A DNA stretch of 44,420 bases from a virus. Location: the IMG/VR virus record IMGVR_UViG_3300045988_035600, positions 1 through 44,420 of that record. One strand, 5' to 3'. Below the pieces are notes generated by a model. The model was not told where the DNA came from and ran no database searches. It saw only the letters and a program-made list of their open reading frames with translations. Shown piece after piece: positions 32,813-39,148 of this stretch; the stretch's first letter is position 1; each line of letters begins with the position of its first letter. The translations under genes and the position numbers were made by a program.

Positions 32813-33982
32813 TTATGATTTCGCTGTTACGCTTGCACTTCCGGCGTTCAGTGCTTTGTATGTTCCATCGCACTCAACCACTGTAATCTTCTGTCCGGTT
32901 GCCGCTGTGATATCGGCTTTTCCATCCCAAGTGTTCCAGTTTCTGAGGTTCTGTCCATATCCAACAGTTACTGCGTCTGTTGCAACTTTGTATTTATATA
33001 CGTTGTTGGTATTTTCCTTAGCCGGTTTTACAGTGATTTTTGTGTCACCACTTGCTGTTCCAGCCACGGAATTTACTGTCAGAGTGCCAAGCGTTGGTGT
33101 TTCGTCAATGGTGATTACTGCGATTGCGTCAATGTATTCTGCAAAAAGAGTAAGACCCATGACCGCAAACGCCTCGGACACCGCTGTGTGGTAGTTGCCC
33201 TGAGTGTGGAATCCGATCAGGTTTGTCTCGCCAGATACAGTGTATACAAGCCCCGCTCTCGCAAAGTCAGATTCGTTAGGGTCTACATAATACAGAACAA
33301 TGTTCTCAACAGGTGTTGCAATAACCTGTCCTCTTGGAATCTCACTGTCAGATAACAGGAAGATTGTGTTGAATCCCATGAAATCTTTCATATACTGGAA
33401 ACCGAACTGATTCTGAATAGTAATCTCAGCCGCGCCGAGATATTCATATACATCCAGAATATTCACAAATCCAACAACGCCAGTCACATTTCTGTGCATC
33501 TGTTTAAATTTGTTCTCTACGCGACCCTTAGCCATTGCCAGAGCCATCTGGAATGTTGTTTCTGTGGAAGTAAGCGTACCGGTTTTCAGATAATCATAGA
33601 ATCTGCCGGTAACGTCAGTCTGAAGTTGGAAAAGGAATTCATCATCAGTCATCTGAACAGCGTTCTCATAACCGTGATCCTTGATTGCTTCGATAGATAC
33701 AGCCTTTGCGTACTTTTCAATAGTCATTTCCGCATAGGTCTTTTCTTTTACAGTAAACTTGCTGTAAGGGATTTCCTCACCCTCACCAACATTTCCGCTC
33801 TGCAAAGTACCCTCTGCGTATTTTGACTTGAGTACAGCACCCGGCTGTTTTTTGATAGGTCTCATGATGCCCAGAATATCACGTAAGTGCTGCCAGTTTC
33901 TTTCGAATCTGGTAACAAAGTCAATCTCACGTGCTGTGACCTGGATATCATTACTCATAATAAGATTAGCTTTTGCTGCCAT
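32813..33982 (-). CDS. Major capsid protein with a C-terminal Ig-like domain
   Basis: 389 aa directly after the scaffold gene. The C-terminal ~90 aa (TLTVNSVAGTASGDTKITVKP...GSASVTAKS) look Ig-like (Big_2-type). Confidence 0.85.
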   Translation of the reverse strand: MAAKANLIMSNDIQVTAREIDFVTRFERNWQHLRDILGIMRPIKKQPGAVLKSKYAEGTLQSGNVGEGEEIPYSKFTVKEKTYAEMTIEKYAKAVSIEAIKDHGYENAVQMTDDEFLFQLQTDVTGRFYDYLKTGTLTSTETTFQMALAMAKGRVENKFKQMHRNVTGVVGFVNILDVYEYLGAAEITIQNQFGFQYMKDFMGFNTIFLLSDSEIPRGQVIATPVENIVLYYVDPNESDFARAGLVYTVSGETNLIGFHTQGNYHTAVSEAFAVMGLTLFAEYIDAIAVITIDETPTLGTLTVNSVAGTASGDTKITVKPAKENTNNVYKYKVATDAVTVGYGQNLRNWNTWDGKADITAATGQKITVVECDGTYKALNAGSASVTAKS

Positions 33983-34054
33983 ATAAAAAATCCTTTCTAC
34001 CCATAACTATTAAGGTATTGGGTTAGCGGCTATACTCTGGCGTATAGTCGGTGT
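33983..34054 (-). promoter_or_regulatory. Stem-loop leader A, upstream of the major capsid gene (paralogous to 28750..28824)
   Basis: Minus strand: CACCGACTATACgccagaGTATAGCCGCTAACCC...AGTTATGGGTAGAAAGGAttttttatATG. Confidence 0.55.
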
Positions 34055-34062
34055 AAAAAAAA

Positions 34063-34695
34063 TCACTGGAATAACTGGATATTCTGAGCAATTGCAGCCT
34101 GTCTCTCGGACGGGTCTTTGATTGCTTCGATATCTTTCTTTGTCATGATTCCCGGTGTCTGTTGCTGTCCAACATGAGTAGTAAACCTTGCCTGATTCTG
34201 CTGAGCCTGTTGCTGAGATTCATCCACAAAAGCTGATGCGTCAGACTGTTTCATCTGCTCGATCAGGTCATTCAGTCCAAGGATTTTACCGTCTTTCAGC
34301 TTCAATCCTGCTTCCTTGATGTCTGCCATAACAGACTTCTTTGCAGCCTCACTGGAAAATTTAACATCATCAAGTGCTGTTTTAAGTGCGTCTGAGAAAT
34401 CGCGGTCATAAATCTTCGCATTAAATTCCTTCTCTGCGTCCTCCGCTTTTTTCTTCCATCCAGCAAGCTCTGTCTGAATGTTCGCCGGGTCGATGCCGTC
34501 AAAACCTTTTAGGGTCTCTTCTGCTGTCTCAGCACGTTCTTTCCAGTCATCACGTTCACTCTCGACTTTCGACAGAGTTTTCGCTACTTCTTTTGCGTTC
34601 TTATAATGCTCAGAGAGTGCTTTCTTCACATCTGCCTGTTTATCTTCCGGGATTTCAATTCCAAATGATTTTAATGTGTCAATAAGTTTCTGCAT
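34063..34695 (-). CDS. Scaffolding protein (Phage_GP20 type)
   Basis: Acidic coiled-coil protein, 210 aa. ...FNAKIYDRDFSDALKTAL..., ...LKDGKILGLNDLIEQMKQSD... Position before the capsid gene. Confidence 0.8.
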   Translation of the reverse strand: MQKLIDTLKSFGIEIPEDKQADVKKALSEHYKNAKEVAKTLSKVESERDDWKERAETAEETLKGFDGIDPANIQTELAGWKKKAEDAEKEFNAKIYDRDFSDALKTALDDVKFSSEAAKKSVMADIKEAGLKLKDGKILGLNDLIEQMKQSDASAFVDESQQQAQQNQARFTTHVGQQQTPGIMTKKDIEAIKDPSERQAAIAQNIQLFQ

Positions 34696-34772
34696 AACAT
34701 CCTCCTGGTCGTGTTTATTGACCTGCCGCCGCAGGTAAATGGATTAAGCCAGTTAGACCACTGGCAAGGTAA

Positions 34773-34844
34773 TTGGAAAGGCAGGAATCGAACCTGTGAC
34801 ACATAGCTTACAAGACTACTGCTCTACCACTGAGCTACATTCCA
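34773..34844 (-). tRNA. tRNA, anticodon UGU (Thr) by hand fold; no encoded CCA
   Basis: TGGAATG TA GCTC AGTGGTA GAGC A GTAGT CTTGTAA GCTAT GTGTC ACAGG TTCGATT CCTGC CTTTCCA A. U8, A14, G18G19, U33, A37 and TTCGA are all present. There is one T-T mismatch in the acceptor stem and an A-C at 49:65. Confidence 0.8.
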
Positions 34845-34845
34845 T

Positions 34846-34865
34846 TAACCCGGATTCCCGGGTTA
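34846..34865 (-). other. 8-bp/4-nt stem-loop abutting the tRNA 5' end
   Basis: TAACCCGG attc CCGGGTTA. Confidence 0.6.
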
Positions 34866-34990
34866 GCAAGGTATTTAACGTGTTATGCCTGCCACGAGTT
34901 GTTTCGGATATTTATTTCTTTTAAAAGAAAAGTATAAATAACAAAAACCTTAATCAAGGAGGTGAGCCATCTTGCGTGCCAGATGACAAA

Positions 34991-35039
34991 TGCGCACGGC
35001 AGGATTCGAACCTGTTTAACTTTCCATTAAAGCGTGCGC
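34991..35039 (-). ncRNA. 49-nt armless tRNA-like minihelix: acceptor stem, T-arm and a short hairpin
   Basis: GCGCACG C TTTaatggAAA GTTAA ACAGG TTCGAAT CCTGC CGTGCGC A. Perfect 7-bp acceptor stem and canonical T-loop. The D and anticodon arms are replaced by a 13-nt hairpin. Confidence 0.5.
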
Positions 35040-35170
35040 ACCAGCTACTAAATTAAAGAAAGGAGGATTAAAACGAAAATGTCAAAACAACCGTTTTACT
35101 TGTGCTTCCTGCTGCACAATTACATTATAACAGATTTATTTTAACTACCTCTCTACCACTTTTTGCGTTT

Positions 35171-35728
35171 TTAGAGCATATCGCGAAGTTTTTCCACGTA
35201 TCTCTTGACAAGATCACGTTCCTCCCGGCACTCCGCATCTTTAGACATATCGCTCATTTCTGTTGTGAGTTCGTCCAGATGTTCTTCCAGAGCGGCAAGC
35301 ATCTTCCTTTTGCAGTCTTCAGATTTGCCGGAACGATAGCTTTGCTTCTGCGTCATATAGTCATCGTAAGCATCTCGCCCATCAGAACGACTGTAATGCC
35401 CTCTGACGTAATGCTCGCCCCGTCTGGCATAAGAATTACCCCTGTCGTAATCTGGCATCATTCTGCCATCATTTGAGCTGTATCTCCCCATGCTATCACG
35501 CTTTCTTCCGCGTTCGCTGTAATCGTCATTGTATCCGCCACCACGCATCTCATCAAGAACAGTGTTGTAATATTCCACTTTCTTGTCCCAGTACTGCGTA
35601 TTCTTGATATCTTTGTACATATCAATCAGTTTGTATGTCATTTCCAGATTCCCGGTGGTCAGCCCATTGTCAGCTATTTTGGAAAGTTCATCTTCGATTC
35701 TTGCGCATAAGTCTTTAATATCTCTCAT
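35171..35728 (-). CDS. Helical protein with a central RG/Y/D-rich low-complexity region
   Basis: SD aggaggtgtgattATG. The centre reads GGGYNDDYSERGRKRDSMGRYSSNDGRMMPDYDRGNSYARRGEHYVRGHYSRSDGRDAYDDY and is flanked by helical segments. Confidence 0.75.
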   Translation of the reverse strand: MRDIKDLCARIEDELSKIADNGLTTGNLEMTYKLIDMYKDIKNTQYWDKKVEYYNTVLDEMRGGGYNDDYSERGRKRDSMGRYSSNDGRMMPDYDRGNSYARRGEHYVRGHYSRSDGRDAYDDYMTQKQSYRSGKSEDCKRKMLAALEEHLDELTTEMSDMSKDAECREERDLVKRYVEKLRDML

Positions 35729-35739
35729 AATCACACCTC

Positions 35740-36162
35740 CTACGCTTCTCTGGTTACGACAATGTTTGCGTTCGCAACAGAAACAGCCTGATCGCTTGTA
35801 TTCTCTACTGCGATGTTAACGCAACATCCACGAGGTACATCAATATAAATGCCAGAGGACACATTATTATACTGGTCTACTGCTGCCGGTGTGGAAATCA
35901 TCTGTGAAGATAATACAGGTTCGCCAGAGATTGCAATAGCCAGAGAAATAGCTCTGACAGTACCGCCCGTTGGAATTGCGATATTACCAGAAAAGTCCAC
36001 GAAAAATCTAGCTTTACACTGATTGGTTAAACCTCTCAGTGTAATGATTCCACTTCCCTCTCTGTGTTGAATACAGTTAGAACCTTTGACTGCTGTGCTT
36101 GAAAACACTACGTTTCCATTTGCTGCTACAGTCTGAGCAGCTACATTTGTAAATTCTGCCAT
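35740..36162 (-). CDS. C1q/TNF-like jelly-roll protein (BclA C-terminal-domain-like), no collagen stalk
   Basis: 140 aa. The pattern NVVFSSTAVKGSNCIQHREGSGIITLRG...ARFFVDFSGNIAIPTGG...AISLAIAISGEPV...VNIAVENTSDQAVSVANANIVV resembles BclA-CTD strand periodicity. SD gaaaggagtatttttATG. Confidence 0.55.
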   Translation of the reverse strand: MAEFTNVAAQTVAANGNVVFSSTAVKGSNCIQHREGSGIITLRGLTNQCKARFFVDFSGNIAIPTGGTVRAISLAIAISGEPVLSSQMISTPAAVDQYNNVSSGIYIDVPRGCCVNIAVENTSDQAVSVANANIVVTREA

Positions 36163-36184
36163 AAAAATACTCCTTTCATATCAC

Positions 36185-36208
36185 AAAAGGACAGGTCTCA
36201 GCCTGCCC
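36185..36208 (-). terminator. Intrinsic terminator inside the island
   Basis: Minus strand: GGGCAGG ctgaga CCTGTCC TTTTGTG (one G-U pair). Confidence 0.5.
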
Positions 36209-36273
36209 CTCTGTGTAATACGGCATAAGCCGACATCCGAAATCAATCGAAAGATACTCTCAATATGAAGTTA

Positions 36274-37053
36274 TCAGCAATTACATCCAGTGTTGCATCC
36301 GCATCCGTAATATGTGTTCGGATTAGGAACCTGATATGCCGGAATCGGCGCCGGATTAATCGCATTAATGAGCTGCTGTGTCTGTGAAGCCATTGCAGTT
36401 GTGAGAAGTGCGCTCTGGCGGTCCTGAGAAGCAGCACGTCTGAGGTCGTTATTTTCAGCCTGGAGATTGGAAATCTTCTCGTTGCACAGGTAATCAAGGA
36501 TTGCCCTTGTTCCGGCGTTCTGGCTGTCGATAATATCTCTAGTGTTGTTGTTCATGGTGTTCTGTAATGCACAGGTGTTCTGTGCCATGTTGTAGTTCAC
36601 GCCCTGGATAGCTTCTCTGGTTTCACAGCAGCAATTTGCAAGCTGAGACTGTAATGCGTTTGCGTTCTGCATATTAGCTACAGTATCGGCATTAATAGCC
36701 TGCTGGATGCCGAAACCAGTCTGCATGATGTTGGTGTTGATTCCATTGAATCCGGTAAGCATACCATTATTCATGGCATAGAAGCCATCGCACAGACCAC
36801 TGTTGATTCCGTCAAGCTTGCTAATCACTGCGGAATTGTCAAATCCTCTCTGAATGTCTGCCTGAGTAGCTGCTGTGGCTACATATCCGCCGCCGTTTCC
36901 ATTATTGCCCCATCCGTTGTTTCCCCATCCGAAGAAAGCAAAAATAAATAAAACAATAATCCACCAGCTGCCATCTCCACCAAACATGCCGTCATTATTT
37001 CTACCGTTTCCAGTAGCAGCGGCAATATCTGCTAAGCTATAATTTCCATCCAT
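36274..37053 (-). CDS. Single-pass membrane protein: G/N/W-rich juxtamembrane segment, N/Q-rich ectodomain with conserved Cys, C-terminal YYGCGCNTGCNC
   Basis: TM WWIIVLFIFAFFGWG, then NNGWGNNGNGGGY, ...LANCCCETREAIQG...NTCALQN...LDYLCNEK..., and the tail CGCNTGCNC. SD aaaggagattatattATG. Confidence 0.75.
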   Translation of the reverse strand: MDGNYSLADIAAATGNGRNNDGMFGGDGSWWIIVLFIFAFFGWGNNGWGNNGNGGGYVATAATQADIQRGFDNSAVISKLDGINSGLCDGFYAMNNGMLTGFNGINTNIMQTGFGIQQAINADTVANMQNANALQSQLANCCCETREAIQGVNYNMAQNTCALQNTMNNNTRDIIDSQNAGTRAILDYLCNEKISNLQAENNDLRRAASQDRQSALLTTAMASQTQQLINAINPAPIPAYQVPNPNTYYGCGCNTGCNC

Positions 37054-37105
37054 AATATAATCTCCTTTTTGTGTATTTACATCAATCTGGCCAGATTGTA
37101 ATGTA

Positions 37106-37327
37106 CTATTTCATTCCTTTCAACATGTGCTGGAATTGCCCTGCCATCTGTTGAACTTGATTGAGCTGCTGTTGAGAAATCTTTCCAGACTGCAACATTT
37201 TCTCGACTTCTGCTTTCGGATCTCCCTTAAAATTCTGTTTAAACTGCATAAACTGTTGTATCATCTGCATTGGTCCGTTTCCCTGCGGCATCCCGCCGCC
37301 AAGTGCGTTAAATAATGGATTACTCAT
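37106..37327 (-). CDS. Q/M-rich small protein (73 aa)
   Basis: MSNPLFNALGGGMPQGNGPMQMIQQFMQFKQNF...QQQLNQVQQMAGQFQHMLKGMK. The second ATG has the best SD spacing after agggagg. Confidence 0.65.
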   Translation of the reverse strand: MSNPLFNALGGGMPQGNGPMQMIQQFMQFKQNFKGDPKAEVEKMLQSGKISQQQLNQVQQMAGQFQHMLKGMK

Positions 37328-37790
37328 CTGCATTTCCTCCCTTGGTCGCTGATTCCTGTACGGTATTAGCCCTAACAGGTTCAGAAAATGAATTTAATCG
37401 GTTTATGATAACTTCGTATTTGCCTTTCAAATCATCGTATTCCTGTCGAGTAACATATTTACTGTCCATGTTCTGAACAGGCTGCTTAGGCGGCATCTGA
37501 GAACCTACCTCGTGGTATTCAAATGTCCGCAGTGGTTGTGGCATACCGGATACATCTGTGGATTTTATGTAGAACTTTTCACTTTCGCTGTCCATCAGCA
37601 AAACACTTGTCCCGGGTGCTACCAGATAGGATTTTGCGCCGACTTCGCCGGATACCCACAGGATACCGCTATTATTCTGCTGTGGTTGCTGTACTGGTTG
37701 AGCTGGAATCTGGACAGGCTGTTGCTGGAACTGGTTCATTTGCCCAGGGACGCCAAAGCTATATTGATAAGGATTATTATATAATGCCAT
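37320..37790 (-). CDS. Protein with a Q/P-rich N-terminus and a beta-rich core
   Basis: MALYNNPYQYSFGVPGQMNQFQQQPVQIPAQPVQQPQQNNSGILWVSGEVGAKSYLVAPGTSVLLMDSESEKFYIKS... SD aaaggcggtgtataagATG. Confidence 0.7.
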   Translation of the reverse strand: MALYNNPYQYSFGVPGQMNQFQQQPVQIPAQPVQQPQQNNSGILWVSGEVGAKSYLVAPGTSVLLMDSESEKFYIKSTDVSGMPQPLRTFEYHEVGSQMPPKQPVQNMDSKYVTRQEYDDLKGKYEVIINRLNSFSEPVRANTVQESATKGGNADE

Positions 37791-37867
37791 CTTATACACC
37801 GCCTTTCTGATTATATTTTTACACAGAAGTATTAAACTAAGAAGTTCAAAAAAGTATCAAAAAAGTA

Positions 37868-37899
37868 TTGACATATCACCCACTGAGTGGTATTATAAT
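37868..37899 (+). promoter_or_regulatory. Consensus sigma-70-type promoter with an embedded palindromic operator
   Basis: TTGACA (37868-73), 17 nt, TATTAT (37891-96), overlapping TATAAT (37894-99). The palindrome CCACTgAGTGG (37880-90) sits in the spacer. AAAAAGTAT occurs twice just upstream. Confidence 0.7.
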
Positions 37900-37942
37900 A
37901 TCAGAAACAGGGAAGAACAAAAAAATCAAGGAGGAAATAGAA

Positions 37943-38230
37943 ATGAAAATTAAAATTTATTGTAATTACGGTTGTTTATCGGCTGAAAAAAGAAACGTTT
38001 ACACATATGGATTCCCAGAAGCCACAGCTACTTGCTGGGACGAAATGACAGTGGAAGTCCCGGAAGGCTGGGAAGTGTTCGAAAATTCCATGGGAAGCTT
38101 AATGGTAACATCTCCTTGGGGCTTTGTTTACGTGATAAATGAAGTACTTCAGGGCAACGAAAAACCATGCTTTTATGCATTAGATAAAAACATGAACGGA
38201 CACCGCCAGTATTTAAAAGTTTTGGATTGA
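37943..38230 (+). CDS. Small hypothetical protein (95 aa), first gene of the plus-strand operon
   Basis: SD caaggaggaaatagaaATG, MKIKIYCNYGCLSAEKRNVYTYGFPEATATCWDEM... Confidence 0.7.
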   Translation: MKIKIYCNYGCLSAEKRNVYTYGFPEATATCWDEMTVEVPEGWEVFENSMGSLMVTSPWGFVYVINEVLQGNEKPCFYALDKNMNGHRQYLKVLD

Positions 38231-38247
38231 TAGGAGGAATAAAAAAA

Positions 38248-38481
38248 ATGATAAAATTAAACACATCATCTTACGTTTACGGGCAGAACGACACAATAGA
38301 GGTCGGAGAGGAATACTATTTCGGTCAGCTCTGGGACGGTGACGGGGACGGCGAAGAACTGATAGAGTCTGAAGCAATCGCCATATATCAGGACGGCGAG
38401 GAATATATTGTTGACTTCGAGATTTTGGAGTCTGCGGAGGATATTTTACAAACCCGAGTTAAGGTTACCGGGATTAACTAG
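38248..38481 (+). CDS. Small, very acidic protein (77 aa)
   Basis: SD taggaggaataaaaaaaATG. About 19 D/E against 3 K/R by hand count (WDGDGDGEELIESEA...). Confidence 0.7.
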   Translation: MIKLNTSSYVYGQNDTIEVGEEYYFGQLWDGDGDGEELIESEAIAIYQDGEEYIVDFEILESAEDILQTRVKVTGIN

Positions 38482-38492
38482 GAGGCAGGAAA

Positions 38493-38708
38493 ATGAAGTA
38501 TATAATTATGGATTATACAGACGGTGATTGTTTCACCGATGAATTTGAGAACAAAGAAGAAGCCCTTCAGGAAGCGGATGAACAATGGGAGCATCTAACA
38601 AGGTGCGAAAAGAAACACAGATCGGAGTTTTACGTGCTGGAAAGCATCAATCCGGACGAGGACACGCCCGATCATTACGACGGAGGCATTGTGAAGCGTT
38701 GGAAATAA
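38493..38708 (+). CDS. Small acidic protein (71 aa)
   Basis: SD taggaggcaggaaaATG. About 20 D/E against 9 K/R. Confidence 0.7.
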   Translation: MKYIIMDYTDGDCFTDEFENKEEALQEADEQWEHLTRCEKKHRSEFYVLESINPDEDTPDHYDGGIVKRWK

Positions 38709-38730
38709 AAAGAAGAAAGAAAGGAACAAT

Positions 38731-38898
38731 ATGAACATCAAAGAAATTAGATTAATTTCCGGGTTAAGCCAGCAGGCTTTTTCCGATAAATACAAAATTC
38801 CCAAAAGGACAATTGAAAACTGGGAAGGCGGTAAAAGAAATCCACCAGAATACGTAATTTTATTGCTTGAAAGAGCTGTAAAAGAAGATTTTGCATAA
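38731..38898 (+). CDS. Mini HTH regulator (55 aa, XRE/MqsA-like HTH), hand-called
   Basis: MNIKEIRLISGLSQQAFSDKYKIPKRTIENWEGGKRNPPEYVILLLERAVKEDFA. SD gaaaggaacaatATG. Below the track cutoff. Confidence 0.7.
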   Translation: MNIKEIRLISGLSQQAFSDKYKIPKRTIENWEGGKRNPPEYVILLLERAVKEDFA

Positions 38899-38902
38899 AA
38901 AG

Positions 38903-38929
38903 AAGGAGGGGTAAATTGCCTCTCCTTTT
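38903..38929. terminator. Bidirectional terminator between the plus-strand operon and the convergent minus-strand gene
   Basis: AAGGAGGGG taaattg CCTCTCCTT with T-runs on both strands. Confidence 0.55.
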
Positions 38930-39128
38930 AGCATACTTTTATAATCTTACTGTTTACTCTTCTGCTTAATCTCTTTACGGTAGATATGCTCACATTCATC
39001 TGTTCAGCACAGTATTCGAGCGTATATTCCTTGCATCTCAGCCGGAACAGTCTTTCTTCGTCCGGTGTGAAATTACACTCTATCAAGAATCTGTCTATAT
39101 CTTTCTTCGTGAACACATATAATTTCAT
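38928..39128 (-). CDS. Small sigma-70 region-4-like HTH protein
   Basis: ...TPDEERLFRLRCKEYTLEYCAEQMNVSISTVKRLSRRVNSKI... The start is at the second ATG after aagggg. Confidence 0.6.
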   Translation of the reverse strand: MKLYVFTKKDIDRFLIECNFTPDEERLFRLRCKEYTLEYCAEQMNVSISTVKRLSRRVNSKIIKVC

Positions 39129-39148
39129 GAGCATACCCCTTACTAATG

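Noticed and set aside
34905-34945. AT-only imperfect palindrome (tatttatttcttttaaaagaaaagtataaata) between the tRNA and the tRNA-like element, considered as a terminator.
   Set aside because: The stem is all A-T with mismatches and low predicted stability. It is indistinguishable from AT-rich spacer sequence.
35079-35144. 21-aa hydrophobic plus-strand miniORF (MSKQPFYLCFLLHNYIITDLF) after aaaggagga, next to the tRNA-like element; a possible type I toxin-like peptide.
   Set aside because: The SD-ATG spacing is long at about 11 nt. I saw no promoter or antisense partner, and it is too short to evaluate by eye. It is recorded only as a possibility.
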